Shown here piece after piece: positions 16,539 through 26,237 of a stretch of DNA of 33,869 nt. The notes below the pieces were generated by a model. It was given only the letters and a program-made list of their open reading frames with translations, had not been told where the DNA came from and did not search any database. The position numbers and the translations under genes are program-made. The stretch's first letter is position 1; each line of letters starts with the position of its first letter. The stretch lies in IMG/VR virus record IMGVR_UViG_3300025018_000361, positions 1 to 33,869 of that record; one strand, 5' to 3'. This DNA comes from a virus. Lineage: Duplodnaviria; Caudoviricetes.

Positions 16539-16931
16539 ATGGGAAAAAAGTATTTTGATTTCAGCATCGATGACACCGAGATTCAAAAAATCTTGGACAA
16601 GTTCAGTCGAGGGCTTGAGAAAATGGCCCAACGTGGCATGGTAGAAATGGCCGATTCACTTTTGGTCCTGTCCAGACTAGAAGTGCCACATGACATTGGT
16701 GACTTGCAGAAGTCGGGAAGTGTGTTCAATAATGGACCAGATGACATCGGTGTTGTTTACAATATCGAATATGCAAGTTATCAGCACGAAGGCGGTGACG
16801 GGAAAAGAGTCATCACCAAGTATCAGAAGGGTCGAAAAAAGAAGTATCTTGAGGACCCGATGAAAAAGAACATGTCAAAATTCATGGAAATTGGACGTGT
16901 AAACCTTGAAGGCGAAATGACAAAACTATGA
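16539..16931 (+). CDS. Tail completion/neck protein (HK97 gp10-like)
   Basis: VP.D.GDLQKS, YN.EYA.YQHE, KKYLEDP; ATG 16539. Confidence 0.8.
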   Translation: MGKKYFDFSIDDTEIQKILDKFSRGLEKMAQRGMVEMADSLLVLSRLEVPHDIGDLQKSGSVFNNGPDDIGVVYNIEYASYQHEGGDGKRVITKYQKGRKKKYLEDPMKKNMSKFMEIGRVNLEGEMTKL

Positions 16932-17335
16932 CAAACACATTTATCACCGATCTAACAGACTATATTCAAGCACAAGGCGTTGCCACAAATGGCCAGAATC
17001 TTTTTGTTTCCGGTTGGTTTGATAATCAGGATTTGCCAAATGTTGACGTCAATCAGATCATGGTCGATGAAACTGGAAGTGTTGAATCAGATCGTGACAT
17101 TCCAAAGTTGGCACCAACAATTCAATTCATGGCCCGTGATTTCGATTATAGTGTGGCCCGTTCAAAATTGTGGTCCCTGTATGCCCTATTTCATCAAAAA
17201 CACGAATACACCATGGGTGGAACGTCAGTGATGCAGTCAATGGCTATCCAAGAACCGGCTTCAATCGGAAAAAATGATCGTGGACAGGAAATCTTCAGCT
17301 TCAATGTTCTGTTCGAAATCAGAAACACATACTAA
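16928..17335 (+). CDS. Tail terminator protein
   Basis: P.IQF.AR..DY, Q.P..IG..DRG...FSFN pattern; canonical position. Confidence 0.75.
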   Translation: MTNTFITDLTDYIQAQGVATNGQNLFVSGWFDNQDLPNVDVNQIMVDETGSVESDRDIPKLAPTIQFMARDFDYSVARSKLWSLYALFHQKHEYTMGGTSVMQSMAIQEPASIGKNDRGQEIFSFNVLFEIRNTY

Positions 17336-17336
17336 T

Positions 17337-17612
17337 ATGCGAAAATTCATTTCAGAATCAATTGACAAAATAAAAGCACTTTTTTGGCGTGAAGTTCGAT
17401 GTGAAGAATGTGGTGCATTGCTTCAGCATGAATACATTGTTTGGGGACGTACCTTGACCAAATGTTACAAGTGCAATCACTTCAATTTCATCGTTTACAG
17501 GACACCATTCAACCGTTTGGTGAAGATTGTCAAAGAAGATCAGCAATACTACAACCCCAACAAAGATCAGTTTCTTCAACAGGCTTTGGGCCAAAACGAA
17601 CAAACCCAATAG
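17337..17612 (+). CDS. Mu Com-like zinc-finger protein
   Basis: EVRCEECGALL-x10-TKCYKCNHFN resembles the Com pattern RC..C.KLL...KCPRC..N; ATG 17337. Confidence 0.6.
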   Translation: MRKFISESIDKIKALFWREVRCEECGALLQHEYIVWGRTLTKCYKCNHFNFIVYRTPFNRLVKIVKEDQQYYNPNKDQFLQQALGQNEQTQ

Positions 17613-17638
17613 CGTACCCATTATTTTCTGTCTATAAT
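17610..17638 (+). promoter_or_regulatory. Promoter for the tail tube operon
   Basis: TAGCGT-17-TATAAT, then AGAAAGGAGG RBS. Confidence 0.55.
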
Positions 17639-17671
17639 GATGATAGTATTAAGTAGAAAGGAGGCGTATTT

Positions 17672-18178
17672 ATGTCAGCCGAACAACTCAAAATCGGTGC
17701 ATGTGACGCTTGGTTCAAAGGAGCTTATCTTGGACGCACCAAAGGTGGTGTGACCGTTTCGATTGCCCCTGAAAACATCAAGCTAACAGCCGATCAATGG
17801 GGTGAAACCCCAGTCGACTTCGCATTGAATGGCGAAACCGTAACCGTTACGGTCCGCATTGCTGAAGTTGATCTTGACGTTTGGGAAGCCGGTTTGCCAA
17901 ATGGTACCAGAGATGGTGCAACTGATGGCAGATTGACTCTTGGCTCAAATGCTGGAAAGCGTTTAGCCACCAAGGCTGGTCAACTCGTCCTTCGTCCAAT
18001 TGGAAACACTGACGGCAGTGAAGATGTAGTTCTTCACAAAGCAGTGGCCATGGATGAAATCGAAGTTGACTACAACAACGAAGATCAAAGAATCCTTGAG
18101 ATTCCTTTCGTTGCTTTGGTAGACGACACCAAATCCGATGGCAACTGGCTTGGCCACATCGGTGATAGCACTGATTAA
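17672..18178 (+). CDS. Major tail (tube) protein
   Basis: IG.C...LG.TKGG, DQWG.TP, L.L.P, F.AL.D; position before chaperone/TMP; strongest RBS in the window. Confidence 0.85.
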   Translation: MSAEQLKIGACDAWFKGAYLGRTKGGVTVSIAPENIKLTADQWGETPVDFALNGETVTVTVRIAEVDLDVWEAGLPNGTRDGATDGRLTLGSNAGKRLATKAGQLVLRPIGNTDGSEDVVLHKAVAMDEIEVDYNNEDQRILEIPFVALVDDTKSDGNWLGHIGDSTD

Positions 18179-18254
18179 CAAATCACACTAATTTTCACAG
18201 AGGTTCAGGGGTCGTGCTAACTCCGCAGAAACCCCGAAAATAGAAAGAAAAAAG

Positions 18255-18677
18255 ATGAATAGTAAAACATTGGACCTTTCAGGTCACAAAGTAACAGTCA
18301 ACAAACTTCCAATTGGGAAGATTGCAAAGCTGATCGAAGGCTTCAAGGATCTTCCACCAGAAATCAAGGGTGCATTTTCTTCTTGGGATGCCGAAACTCG
18401 TGATGCAGATTTCCTTTTTGAGCATGTGCCCATGCTGATGACCGTTTCAATCAACAAAGTTTCAACATTCGTTGTCGATGCTTCAAACAGCAAAGAATTG
18501 ACTGAAAAGTTGCTTCTTGAGGATTTGGGCATGGATGACACCGTTGATTTGATCGAAGCGATCTTGGAAGTAAACAATATCAGGGGGATAATTGACAAAG
18601 TAAAAAAAATGTTCGCCCTGTACACAAACAAGAACACCGGATCAGCAAAAATGAATCCGATGATCAAAGCAAAATAA
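18255..18677 (+). CDS. Tail assembly chaperone (lambda gpG analogue)
   Basis: Between tail tube and TMP; contains A8 slippery site at 18602-18609. Confidence 0.85.
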   Translation: MNSKTLDLSGHKVTVNKLPIGKIAKLIEGFKDLPPEIKGAFSSWDAETRDADFLFEHVPMLMTVSINKVSTFVVDASNSKELTEKLLLEDLGMDDTVDLIEAILEVNNIRGIIDKVKKMFALYTNKNTGSAKMNPMIKAK

Positions 18678-19036
18678 ACAAAGCAAGTGATTGGGTTCAG
18701 GGCATAATCCACCGGATAGCATACAGCTACCACTGGACAAAGACAGAAGTTTTGGAGCAAACATATCTGGACGAAGCCCTGTACTACATGGACCAGATCA
18801 CGGCCGAAAGACTACAAGAACAACTCGTTGCCATTTCGGTGGCATGTAGTCCACAATATAAAGAAAATGATCGTCGGGAATTGGTAGCAAAACTCGATTA
18901 TCAGGTCAAAAAACTAAGATGGGAAGATGAAGAAAATGTCGATGATGTTGATGATGCAACTGTCAAACGAAATATGTCCAAGCTCAAATCATTCTTTGGC
19001 AGTAAGAAACAGGGACCAAAAGAAAAACAAACATAA
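18255..19036 (+). CDS. Tail assembly chaperone -1 frameshift product (gpGT analogue)
   Basis: -1 frame is open from A AAA AAA (18602-18608) to 19036, giving NVRPVHKQ...IIHRIAYSYHWTKTEVLEQTYLDEAL...; the 18752 ORF has no RBS of its own. Confidence 0.85.
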
Positions 19037-21249
19037 TGTCATTCGTAGCCGGATCAATCATTGCCAAATTCAAGTCAGACCTTTCAGATCTTCAGAAGGG
19101 TATTGCTACCGCTAAAAGCACTATTTCTGGACTAGGAAATCAGGCTTCATCCCTTCAATCAAAATTCAATTCTTCATTCGGATCAGTTACAAGTGCAGTC
19201 GGAAAGTTCGGCAAAGCCATTTCATTGGTTGGTGGCCTAGTTGGTGGAATTTCACTTGGTGCCCTTGGTGCCCAAGCTATCAACACGGCCAAAGATTTCG
19301 AACAGTCAGAAATTGCCTTCACCACACTTTTGAAAGATCGTGGAAAAGCACTTCAGGCATTGTCAGCCATTCAAGAAGATGCAAAACAGACCCCATACAA
19401 CCTGCCGGAACTGATCAAAGTCAACCAAATGCTGATTTCAGCCGGTGAGAGTGCCGACGGGTCCAGAAAGGTCATCAAAGATCTTGGAAACGCCGTTGCC
19501 GCAACAGGTGGTGGAACAGCAGAATTAACCCGTCTAGGGGCAAATTTACAACAGATCAAGGCGATTGGAAAAGCGTCAGCAGTGGACGTGAAGCAGTTTG
19601 GTATGGCCGGTATCAATATCTATGGTTTGTTAGCTGAAGCCACTGGAAAATCAGTTGATGAAGTCAAAGATATGGATGTCAGTTATGAATTGCTAACTGA
19701 ATCACTTGCAAAAGCATCTGAAGCCGGTGGGTTGTTCGAAGGTGCGATGGATAATCAGTCGAAGTCGCTTCAGGGTGTCATGTCAAACATCCAAGACACA
19801 ATTGGCCTTGGTTTGAAAGACATTTTGATGCAATCTGGTGCTTTTGATGCAATCAAAACATTGGCACAAAATTTCCTCGGTTGGTTTGAAAGTGCAATTC
19901 CAAAAATAATTGCCTTTGCAAAAGATGTTGGGATAGTCATGACATTGATTGCGGACGCATTTCACGCTGATTGGGACATTGGTGCAAACCTAGACCCATC
20001 AACTTATGACAAATACAAAACTTTTATTGATATTCTCAGAGTTTTTCAGAAGATCATTGCGGTAGTTTTTGGGTTTATTTCTAACAATAAAGAAGTCATC
20101 ATTTCCGCAATAAAAGGGATTGCGATCGCTTTGGGTGCCATCATGGCGGTTCAAGGTGTGATTGCCATATTCGCCGGAATTGCAACAGCAATCGGATTTC
20201 TACTTTCACCGGCAGGTTTGGTCATTGCAGTCATAACACTTCTGTACATGGCTTGGTCAAACAATTTCTTGGGTATTCAGGACATTACGGCTTCAGTTAT
20301 TGACTTTCTGAAGGGTGCCTTTGAGTGGTTGATGGGGATTCCGGCCAAGATATCTGAAAAATGGGAACAGTTCAAAGTCATGATCGATGGTGTGCTGAAG
20401 GCAGTTGGCGAAGCATTTTCGGCATTTCTCGGTGTTCTGATGACTGTTTTGCAACCAATTCTTGACTACATTATGTTTTGGGTGAATTTTTGGAAGTGGA
20501 TGTTTGACAATATCCTGTTCCCTGTCATTTTGCTACTTTCAGCGATTGTGGCAAGGATTGTTGTCGAAGTTTATCAATTATTTGTGTGGCTTGGTGAACA
20601 ACTAGGCAATGCTTTCAAGTGGATAAACGAAAAGATCATTCAACCGGCATTGACTTGGATGACCGACAGATTCAACGAATTGAAGGGAACTCTTTCAGGG
20701 ATCTGGAATGCCATGCTTGGTGTTGCACGATCAGTTTGGGAAAGTATCAAAAGCACACTTGCTGAAAAAACTGAAGGTGCCAGAACAAGGGTTTCTGAAA
20801 TTCTTCAGGGAATGAAGGACTTCATTTCAAACTTGTTCGATCAGATCTGGACTGGCATCAAAAACATGGCCACAAGAATCTATGATGCTATTGTTGAACC
20901 GTTCATCAAAGCAAAGCAAAAGATCGAGGAAGTGGCACAGGCAATCAAGGACGCCGCTTCAAAAATTTCACCGTTCCACAAAAACAGCCCTTCATTGGTC
21001 GAATTGGTCGAGAAGGGGACAGGGCAGATTGCAGGATTCTATTCAGATTTGTATGATTCAATCAGTGGCCAAGACTATCACGGAAGCGTTTTGGGAATGG
21101 CAAACACTCAACCGGCACTGGCAGGTGCAGGAAGTAGCGGTGGCACACCAATTGTGAATCAATACATCACAAACGAAGTTGCCGACACGGTTGATGTCGA
21201 TATAGTCAATCAGCGTCTAGCATTTATGTATAGGAACAAACAGCGATGA
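19036..21249 (+). CDS. Tape measure protein
   Basis: 737 aa; A..TPY.L, LG.AVAATG, hydrophobic middle, W/F-periodic repeats, PF...SPS C-terminus. Confidence 0.95.
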   Translation: MSFVAGSIIAKFKSDLSDLQKGIATAKSTISGLGNQASSLQSKFNSSFGSVTSAVGKFGKAISLVGGLVGGISLGALGAQAINTAKDFEQSEIAFTTLLKDRGKALQALSAIQEDAKQTPYNLPELIKVNQMLISAGESADGSRKVIKDLGNAVAATGGGTAELTRLGANLQQIKAIGKASAVDVKQFGMAGINIYGLLAEATGKSVDEVKDMDVSYELLTESLAKASEAGGLFEGAMDNQSKSLQGVMSNIQDTIGLGLKDILMQSGAFDAIKTLAQNFLGWFESAIPKIIAFAKDVGIVMTLIADAFHADWDIGANLDPSTYDKYKTFIDILRVFQKIIAVVFGFISNNKEVIISAIKGIAIALGAIMAVQGVIAIFAGIATAIGFLLSPAGLVIAVITLLYMAWSNNFLGIQDITASVIDFLKGAFEWLMGIPAKISEKWEQFKVMIDGVLKAVGEAFSAFLGVLMTVLQPILDYIMFWVNFWKWMFDNILFPVILLLSAIVARIVVEVYQLFVWLGEQLGNAFKWINEKIIQPALTWMTDRFNELKGTLSGIWNAMLGVARSVWESIKSTLAEKTEGARTRVSEILQGMKDFISNLFDQIWTGIKNMATRIYDAIVEPFIKAKQKIEEVAQAIKDAASKISPFHKNSPSLVELVEKGTGQIAGFYSDLYDSISGQDYHGSVLGMANTQPALAGAGSSGGTPIVNQYITNEVADTVDVDIVNQRLAFMYRNKQR

Positions 21250-22076
21250 TCAAACAAATAGCACTCGGCGGACTAACATTTGGCCCATGGTCAACAGGAA
21301 TCACAATCGACGATCACTTCGGTTTTGATTTTCCAGTGGTCAGAACTGATATCAAGGATTTTGGCAATGCCGATGGTGCAAAACTCGGTTCATACCTTTA
21401 TGGGTCACGAAAAATGGCCATTGAGGGTCGAATCATTGGCGATGATGTTTCAGACTTTGAAGCGAAGCGACGTTCAATGCAATCAGCACTCAACATTCGA
21501 AAAGGATTGCAACGGGCAGTGATTACAACACAATCTGGCTTGATTGTTCGATCAGATGTGATTTTGACTGAACCCATGGGCATGGATTACAAGCAGGGTG
21601 AGGCCATCAGATGCCCATTTCGACTTGAAATGGTTGCACCATATCCATTCCTACTCGGAAACGAAATCAAGACCAATACAATCGTTTCTGGTGAAGGTGG
21701 TGGCGGTGCGGTCCCTTCAGAAATCCCATTTGAATTGACTGGTGCTGATATCTCTGGAAACAATGTCACCAACAATGGAAACACTGAAGCAAACTTCACT
21801 GCAAGAATTTATGGCGGTGTAACCAATCCAGTGCTTCGAAACGCAACGACCGATGAACAGTTATCAATCACCTATGCCCTTGATGCAGACGATTATATCG
21901 ATCTCGACTTCAGGCTTCACACGGCACGTTTGAATGACAATTTGAATGTCTTTCAATATGTGTCAGGCGACTGGTGGAAAATTCAAGAAGGGGTGAACTC
22001 TTTGAAACTACTTGGTGCCTCTTTCACGGGGGGATATGCCACAGTAACGTTTCAAGATCACTATCTAGGTATATGA
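21246..22076 (+). CDS. Distal tail protein (Dit)
   Basis: Follows TMP; DG...R, F..E..AP.PF, N.GN..A, NP...N, W.I..G.N motifs. Confidence 0.85.
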   Translation: MIKQIALGGLTFGPWSTGITIDDHFGFDFPVVRTDIKDFGNADGAKLGSYLYGSRKMAIEGRIIGDDVSDFEAKRRSMQSALNIRKGLQRAVITTQSGLIVRSDVILTEPMGMDYKQGEAIRCPFRLEMVAPYPFLLGNEIKTNTIVSGEGGGGAVPSEIPFELTGADISGNNVTNNGNTEANFTARIYGGVTNPVLRNATTDEQLSITYALDADDYIDLDFRLHTARLNDNLNVFQYVSGDWWKIQEGVNSLKLLGASFTGGYATVTFQDHYLGI

Positions 22077-23128
22077 CGTTTAAGATTATCATTCAAAACC
22101 TCGATGGATCACTCAAGTGGGAAGTGCCCTATGATTCATTTTCTTTCACTGAAGTGTTGAATGGTGGTGCCAGTGGGACAGTTTCTTTCAACCGTCAAAC
22201 GATCAATGCGATTGGCGAATTTTATGGTGTTGACCCAGATTACATTCTACAAGCAGGATATCGTGAGGCTTACATTTATGATGAAGATGACAACCTTCTT
22301 TTTGGTGGATTTATTGGCGAACCATCATCGTCACGTGACGTCAATGGTGTGTATACAAGAACCATTGCAATCAATAGTTGGATCGATCTTTTGGAAGCAC
22401 GTTTCACCAATCATCCAGATGTGGCAACAAGCAAAGAGTACGTCAACAAATATGCTTGGGAAATCATCGAAGATTTGATCAACTACACACAAGCATTGTC
22501 ATACGGTGACTTTGGATTCACTCTTGGAACTCAACCAAACGATGTTCAAAGAAATCGAACGTTCTACTACAACACAATAAAAGAAGCCATCGAAAAATTA
22601 AGTGGCGATGATGTTGTGAATGGAATTGATATCGATATTACACCGGCAAAAGTGATCAACTGTTATTATCCAACCAAAGGTTCAGCAAAGCCCAATTTGG
22701 CCCTGATCGATGGTGTGAACATCAGAAGTTTTACCACAAGAACACTATTTTTGAATCAGATGGCCAACGAAATCTTTGTTTTCGGTGAAGGACAGCGTGA
22801 AAGCATGGCAATTGAAGCCGTGACATCCACAAATGCGGTCAAAGAAAACTATTTTTTACTTCAGCGTGGAATCAGTGAAAAAGACACTGGAACAAGTGCC
22901 AACTTGATTGCAAAAGGTGAACGGGCACTTGAATTGATGCAATCACCAAGAAAAATTCCAACAGTTGTGGTTGACTATGACAGCCCTTTGTTCACAGAAT
23001 ATGAATTAGGTGATGAATTGCCGGTGAAAATTCCGCTTGAGAACATCGACGCTTCATATCGCTTGAAACAGCGAACATTGAATCACAATGCAACCGTAAC
23101 ACTAACATTTGAGGAAGAAGCATCATGA
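22073..23128 (+). CDS. Baseplate hub/minor tail protein (Siphovirus Gp37-like)
   Basis: Follows Dit; LNG..SG, F.G.I, N.I.V.GEG, YELGD...V; ATG 22073. Confidence 0.75.
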   Translation: MTFKIIIQNLDGSLKWEVPYDSFSFTEVLNGGASGTVSFNRQTINAIGEFYGVDPDYILQAGYREAYIYDEDDNLLFGGFIGEPSSSRDVNGVYTRTIAINSWIDLLEARFTNHPDVATSKEYVNKYAWEIIEDLINYTQALSYGDFGFTLGTQPNDVQRNRTFYYNTIKEAIEKLSGDDVVNGIDIDITPAKVINCYYPTKGSAKPNLALIDGVNIRSFTTRTLFLNQMANEIFVFGEGQRESMAIEAVTSTNAVKENYFLLQRGISEKDTGTSANLIAKGERALELMQSPRKIPTVVVDYDSPLFTEYELGDELPVKIPLENIDASYRLKQRTLNHNATVTLTFEEEAS

Positions 23129-23292
23129 GTTCAACAGATGATATTGTGAAAACTATCGATGAACATGAAAAACGACTTCGAACAATGGAAAGAAGTGGGG
23201 CCGGTGGTTCTGATGGATCACCAAACCTTGACGGCGGAACACCAACGTCGGTGTACGATGCAATTGATAATATAGACGCAGGGGGAGTGTAA
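23125..23292 (+). CDS. Small tail protein (55 aa, coiled coil plus LDGG motif; not in ORF track)
   Basis: MSSTDDIVKTIDEHEKRLRTMERSG...NLDGGTPTSVY...IDAGGV; ATGA overlap with hub gene. Confidence 0.7.
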   Translation: MSSTDDIVKTIDEHEKRLRTMERSGAGGSDGSPNLDGGTPTSVYDAIDNIDAGGV

Positions 23293-23295
23293 AAT

Positions 23296-24297
23296 ATGCC
23301 AGTAAGAATACAATTTCGCCGAGGAACAGCAAGTGAATGGACTTCAGCGAATCCAACATTATCAGCAGGTGAAATGGGCCTTGAAACCGACACACTGAAA
23401 TTCAAGATCGGTGACGGAACAACGGCTTGGACTTCTCTGGCCTATGCAACCCAAGGTGAAGGCGTTCCGGTTGGTGGTACTACTGGCCAAGTTCTTGCCA
23501 AAGCATCAAACACCAGTCTTGATACAGAATGGATTGACGCCGGTGCCGGTGATATGGCAAAAGCTACCTATGACCCAACAAACGTCAATGGCGATGCTTT
23601 TGATACCGACAACCACGTTGATGGAACCACAAACAAAGTCTACACGGCGACAGAGAAAACAAAGTTGGCAGGTATCGAAGCAAGTGCTGATGTTACCGAT
23701 GCAGGGAACGTGGGATCGTCTATTTTCGGTGCAACTGCCAAGACAACGCCAGTTGATGCCGACACGGTTGGATTGACTGATTCCGTGGCTTCCAACGTGT
23801 TGAAAAAACTGACTTGGGCAAACATCAAAGCCACGTTGAAAACCTACTTTGACACACTATACGCAACAGTTACACACACACACACTGAATCAGACATCAC
23901 AGATTTGGCCCACTATGACAGCACTGACTTTGCAACTGATTTGGCCACAAAAACACTCGACGACATAACCGCCGGAACCACAAACAAGCATTTCACTGCC
24001 ACTGACGAATCAAAACTTGACGGTATTGAAGCAGGTGCCGACATAACTGACACGGCAAATGTCACTTCAGCCGGTGCATTGATGGACAGTGAAGTTGATG
24101 CTGATATCAAAACACTTTCACTTCCGGCAAACACAACCATTTCAGCGTTTGGTGCAACACTTGTTGATGATGCCGATGCCGGAACAGCCCGTGCAACCCT
24201 TGGAACGCTTCAAGCCGATGGTCCTGCAAAATTGACTGTTTCAGCAACCGAACCAACTTCACCAAGTACAAACGATCTATGGGTTGATACAGCATAA
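23296..24297 (+). CDS. Tail fibre protein with Mtd/hyaluronidase-type N-terminal domain
   Basis: RIQFRRGTASEW..NP.L..GE.G.ETDT.KFKIGDG..AW..L.Y; two GTTNK...KL.GIEA.AD.TD repeats. Confidence 0.85.
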   Translation: MPVRIQFRRGTASEWTSANPTLSAGEMGLETDTLKFKIGDGTTAWTSLAYATQGEGVPVGGTTGQVLAKASNTSLDTEWIDAGAGDMAKATYDPTNVNGDAFDTDNHVDGTTNKVYTATEKTKLAGIEASADVTDAGNVGSSIFGATAKTTPVDADTVGLTDSVASNVLKKLTWANIKATLKTYFDTLYATVTHTHTESDITDLAHYDSTDFATDLATKTLDDITAGTTNKHFTATDESKLDGIEAGADITDTANVTSAGALMDSEVDADIKTLSLPANTTISAFGATLVDDADAGTARATLGTLQADGPAKLTVSATEPTSPSTNDLWVDTA

Positions 24298-24298
24298 T

Positions 24299-25060
24299 AT
24301 GTCACAGCACTTCACTGATTTTTCAGAATATACAACGTCAGCACAACCAAGTGATTGGACTGAATTTTGGAACACAACAAGTGCTTTCACAGTAAGGGAT
24401 GATGCCGGATTTACTGGTGGTAAATATCTTGAAGTAACTGAATTGGGTGCTTACAATAGAACGGGACTTTCTTGGGATGACGTTTCTGGACTAGATGCCG
24501 ATGAGGAAATTTTGGTTAAATTCAATACTTCCACAGCAGGAATTCTTCTTTTGGCGTTACGTGCTAGTGGAACACTAGAGTCAGCAAGAACGGGATATGT
24601 CGCACTTGTTCGGAATGACACAAATGTACTCGATATAAGAAAAGCAGTTTCAGGGAGAGAAACCAGTTTGGGAACAGCTTCTTTCACAATGAATAATGAC
24701 ACTTTATATTGGGTTAGATTTAGAGTTCAGGGCAGTGCAATTAAATTGAGGATTTGGGCGGATGGTGATTCTGAACCGGCAACTTGGAATCAAGAATATA
24801 CAAACAGTGACATCACTTCAGCAGGTAGGATTCAGGTTGGAACGACTGGAAACACAAGTGCAAACTTCAAAGTTGACATTGTTGGTGTTGGTTTAGGTGG
24901 TGATTCGGCACCAAGCGAAGCACCGGTTGTTTCTGGAAGTCAAGTCAAAGCCTACGTTGGCGGTGCTTTCGTTGCAAAACCACTGAAAGTGTGGAATGGA
25001 ACAGCTTGGGTTGATGCAACTCTAAAAAGATACAATGGGGCCACTTGGGATACAATATAG
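24299..25060 (+). CDS. Tail-associated protein with a lectin-like beta-sandwich domain (candidate receptor-binding protein)
   Basis: YWVRFRVQG..IK.RIW.DG..EP..W...D..ITSAG pattern; C-terminal KVWNGTAW/KRYNGATW; ATG 24299. Confidence 0.65.
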   Translation: MSQHFTDFSEYTTSAQPSDWTEFWNTTSAFTVRDDAGFTGGKYLEVTELGAYNRTGLSWDDVSGLDADEEILVKFNTSTAGILLLALRASGTLESARTGYVALVRNDTNVLDIRKAVSGRETSLGTASFTMNNDTLYWVRFRVQGSAIKLRIWADGDSEPATWNQEYTNSDITSAGRIQVGTTGNTSANFKVDIVGVGLGGDSAPSEAPVVSGSQVKAYVGGAFVAKPLKVWNGTAWVDATLKRYNGATWDTI

Positions 25061-25113
25061 ATGCAATTGCTCAACGCTAAAAATTAGACTAATATAGAGG
25101 AAGGAACAAAACT

Positions 25114-25995
25114 ATGTCATCAGAAGTCATCCAAACAATGCGAACAGGTGGGACGCTACACCCACAAGAAATCATGAACTTTTTCATGTCATTCTTGACG
25201 AATGGTGGTGGTGTACTCAACAAAAATGGCGACGATTTCAAAGTCGAGGCTCAATCTGTCCCAGATATGACAGTCAAGGTTCTTCTTGCAGGTGCTTTGG
25301 CCCGTGCAGTCATCCCAAATGCCGATGGTGGCATGGCCTATCCTGTCATGATGCACACCGATGATGCTGATTTGACCATTACGGCCAATGGTTCAGGAAA
25401 CCAACGCATCGATGCGGTTGTTTTGTACATTGACCTTGGTGCTACTGTAAACACGACCAGTTCAAATGTGGCCAAGTTGACAGTTGTTGCCGGAACACCT
25501 TCCGCTTCACCTTCAGCACCAGATGACACCGCAATTGGTTCAGCCATCGGTGCTTCAAACCCATACATCGTACTTGCACACGTTGCAGTAGATTCAAGCG
25601 AAACTGAAATTCAGAATGCAGACATCACTGATATGCGTGAACAGGTTGAATTTGTAATGCGTGAACCAAAAGTTCAGGGTGCATATCAAGATTGGATCAC
25701 TTTGACCCCTGCTTCAAGCGTTGCAATCGATCTTTCAAAGGGAAACAAGTTCAAAATCACCGTCAATCAAGCAACTACCTTCACGGTTTCAAATGCTAAA
25801 GTTGGCCAAACATTCGAACTTCGTGTCACCCAAGATGGTACCGGTGGACGTGCCCTGACATTCTTCAGCACAATCAAGTGGGCCTTTGGTGCCACCCCAA
25901 CCCCAACGACCACAGCAGACAAAACAGACAAATTCATATTCGAAGTGACTGCAACCGGTCAATATGACGGTGTTATTGTTGGTCAAGACATGTAG
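25114..25995 (+). CDS. Minor tail/fibre-associated structural protein
   Basis: PDMTV.V, N.SGN.RID.VV, GTP...P.AP, LA.V.V...I...DITD.R; C-terminal QDGTGGR...IKW..G..P domain. Confidence 0.75.
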   Translation: MSSEVIQTMRTGGTLHPQEIMNFFMSFLTNGGGVLNKNGDDFKVEAQSVPDMTVKVLLAGALARAVIPNADGGMAYPVMMHTDDADLTITANGSGNQRIDAVVLYIDLGATVNTTSSNVAKLTVVAGTPSASPSAPDDTAIGSAIGASNPYIVLAHVAVDSSETEIQNADITDMREQVEFVMREPKVQGAYQDWITLTPASSVAIDLSKGNKFKITVNQATTFTVSNAKVGQTFELRVTQDGTGGRALTFFSTIKWAFGATPTPTTTADKTDKFIFEVTATGQYDGVIVGQDM

Positions 25996-26024
25996 TATAA
26001 AAATATAAAATGAAAGGATGTTCT

Positions 26025-26231
26025 ATGAAAGAACAATCAAAACCAAAGAAAATGCTATTTGTGTGTTTTCTGTTTGAAGAATTAGCCGGAAACGACTTCA
26101 AGATGTCGACAGAATTTCACTTGTTAGCAAGTAACGCAAAGGAAGCAGAGGAGTTGGCACGAGCATACATGCCAGAAAAAAAGGATTTCTATATCACAAA
26201 AGTGATTGACCCTGATACCCTTGCAAACTAA
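26025..26231 (+). CDS. Small hypothetical protein
   Basis: TGAAAGGA RBS before ATG 26025. Confidence 0.6.
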   Translation: MKEQSKPKKMLFVCFLFEELAGNDFKMSTEFHLLASNAKEAEELARAYMPEKKDFYITKVIDPDTLAN

Positions 26232-26237
26232 AGAAAT

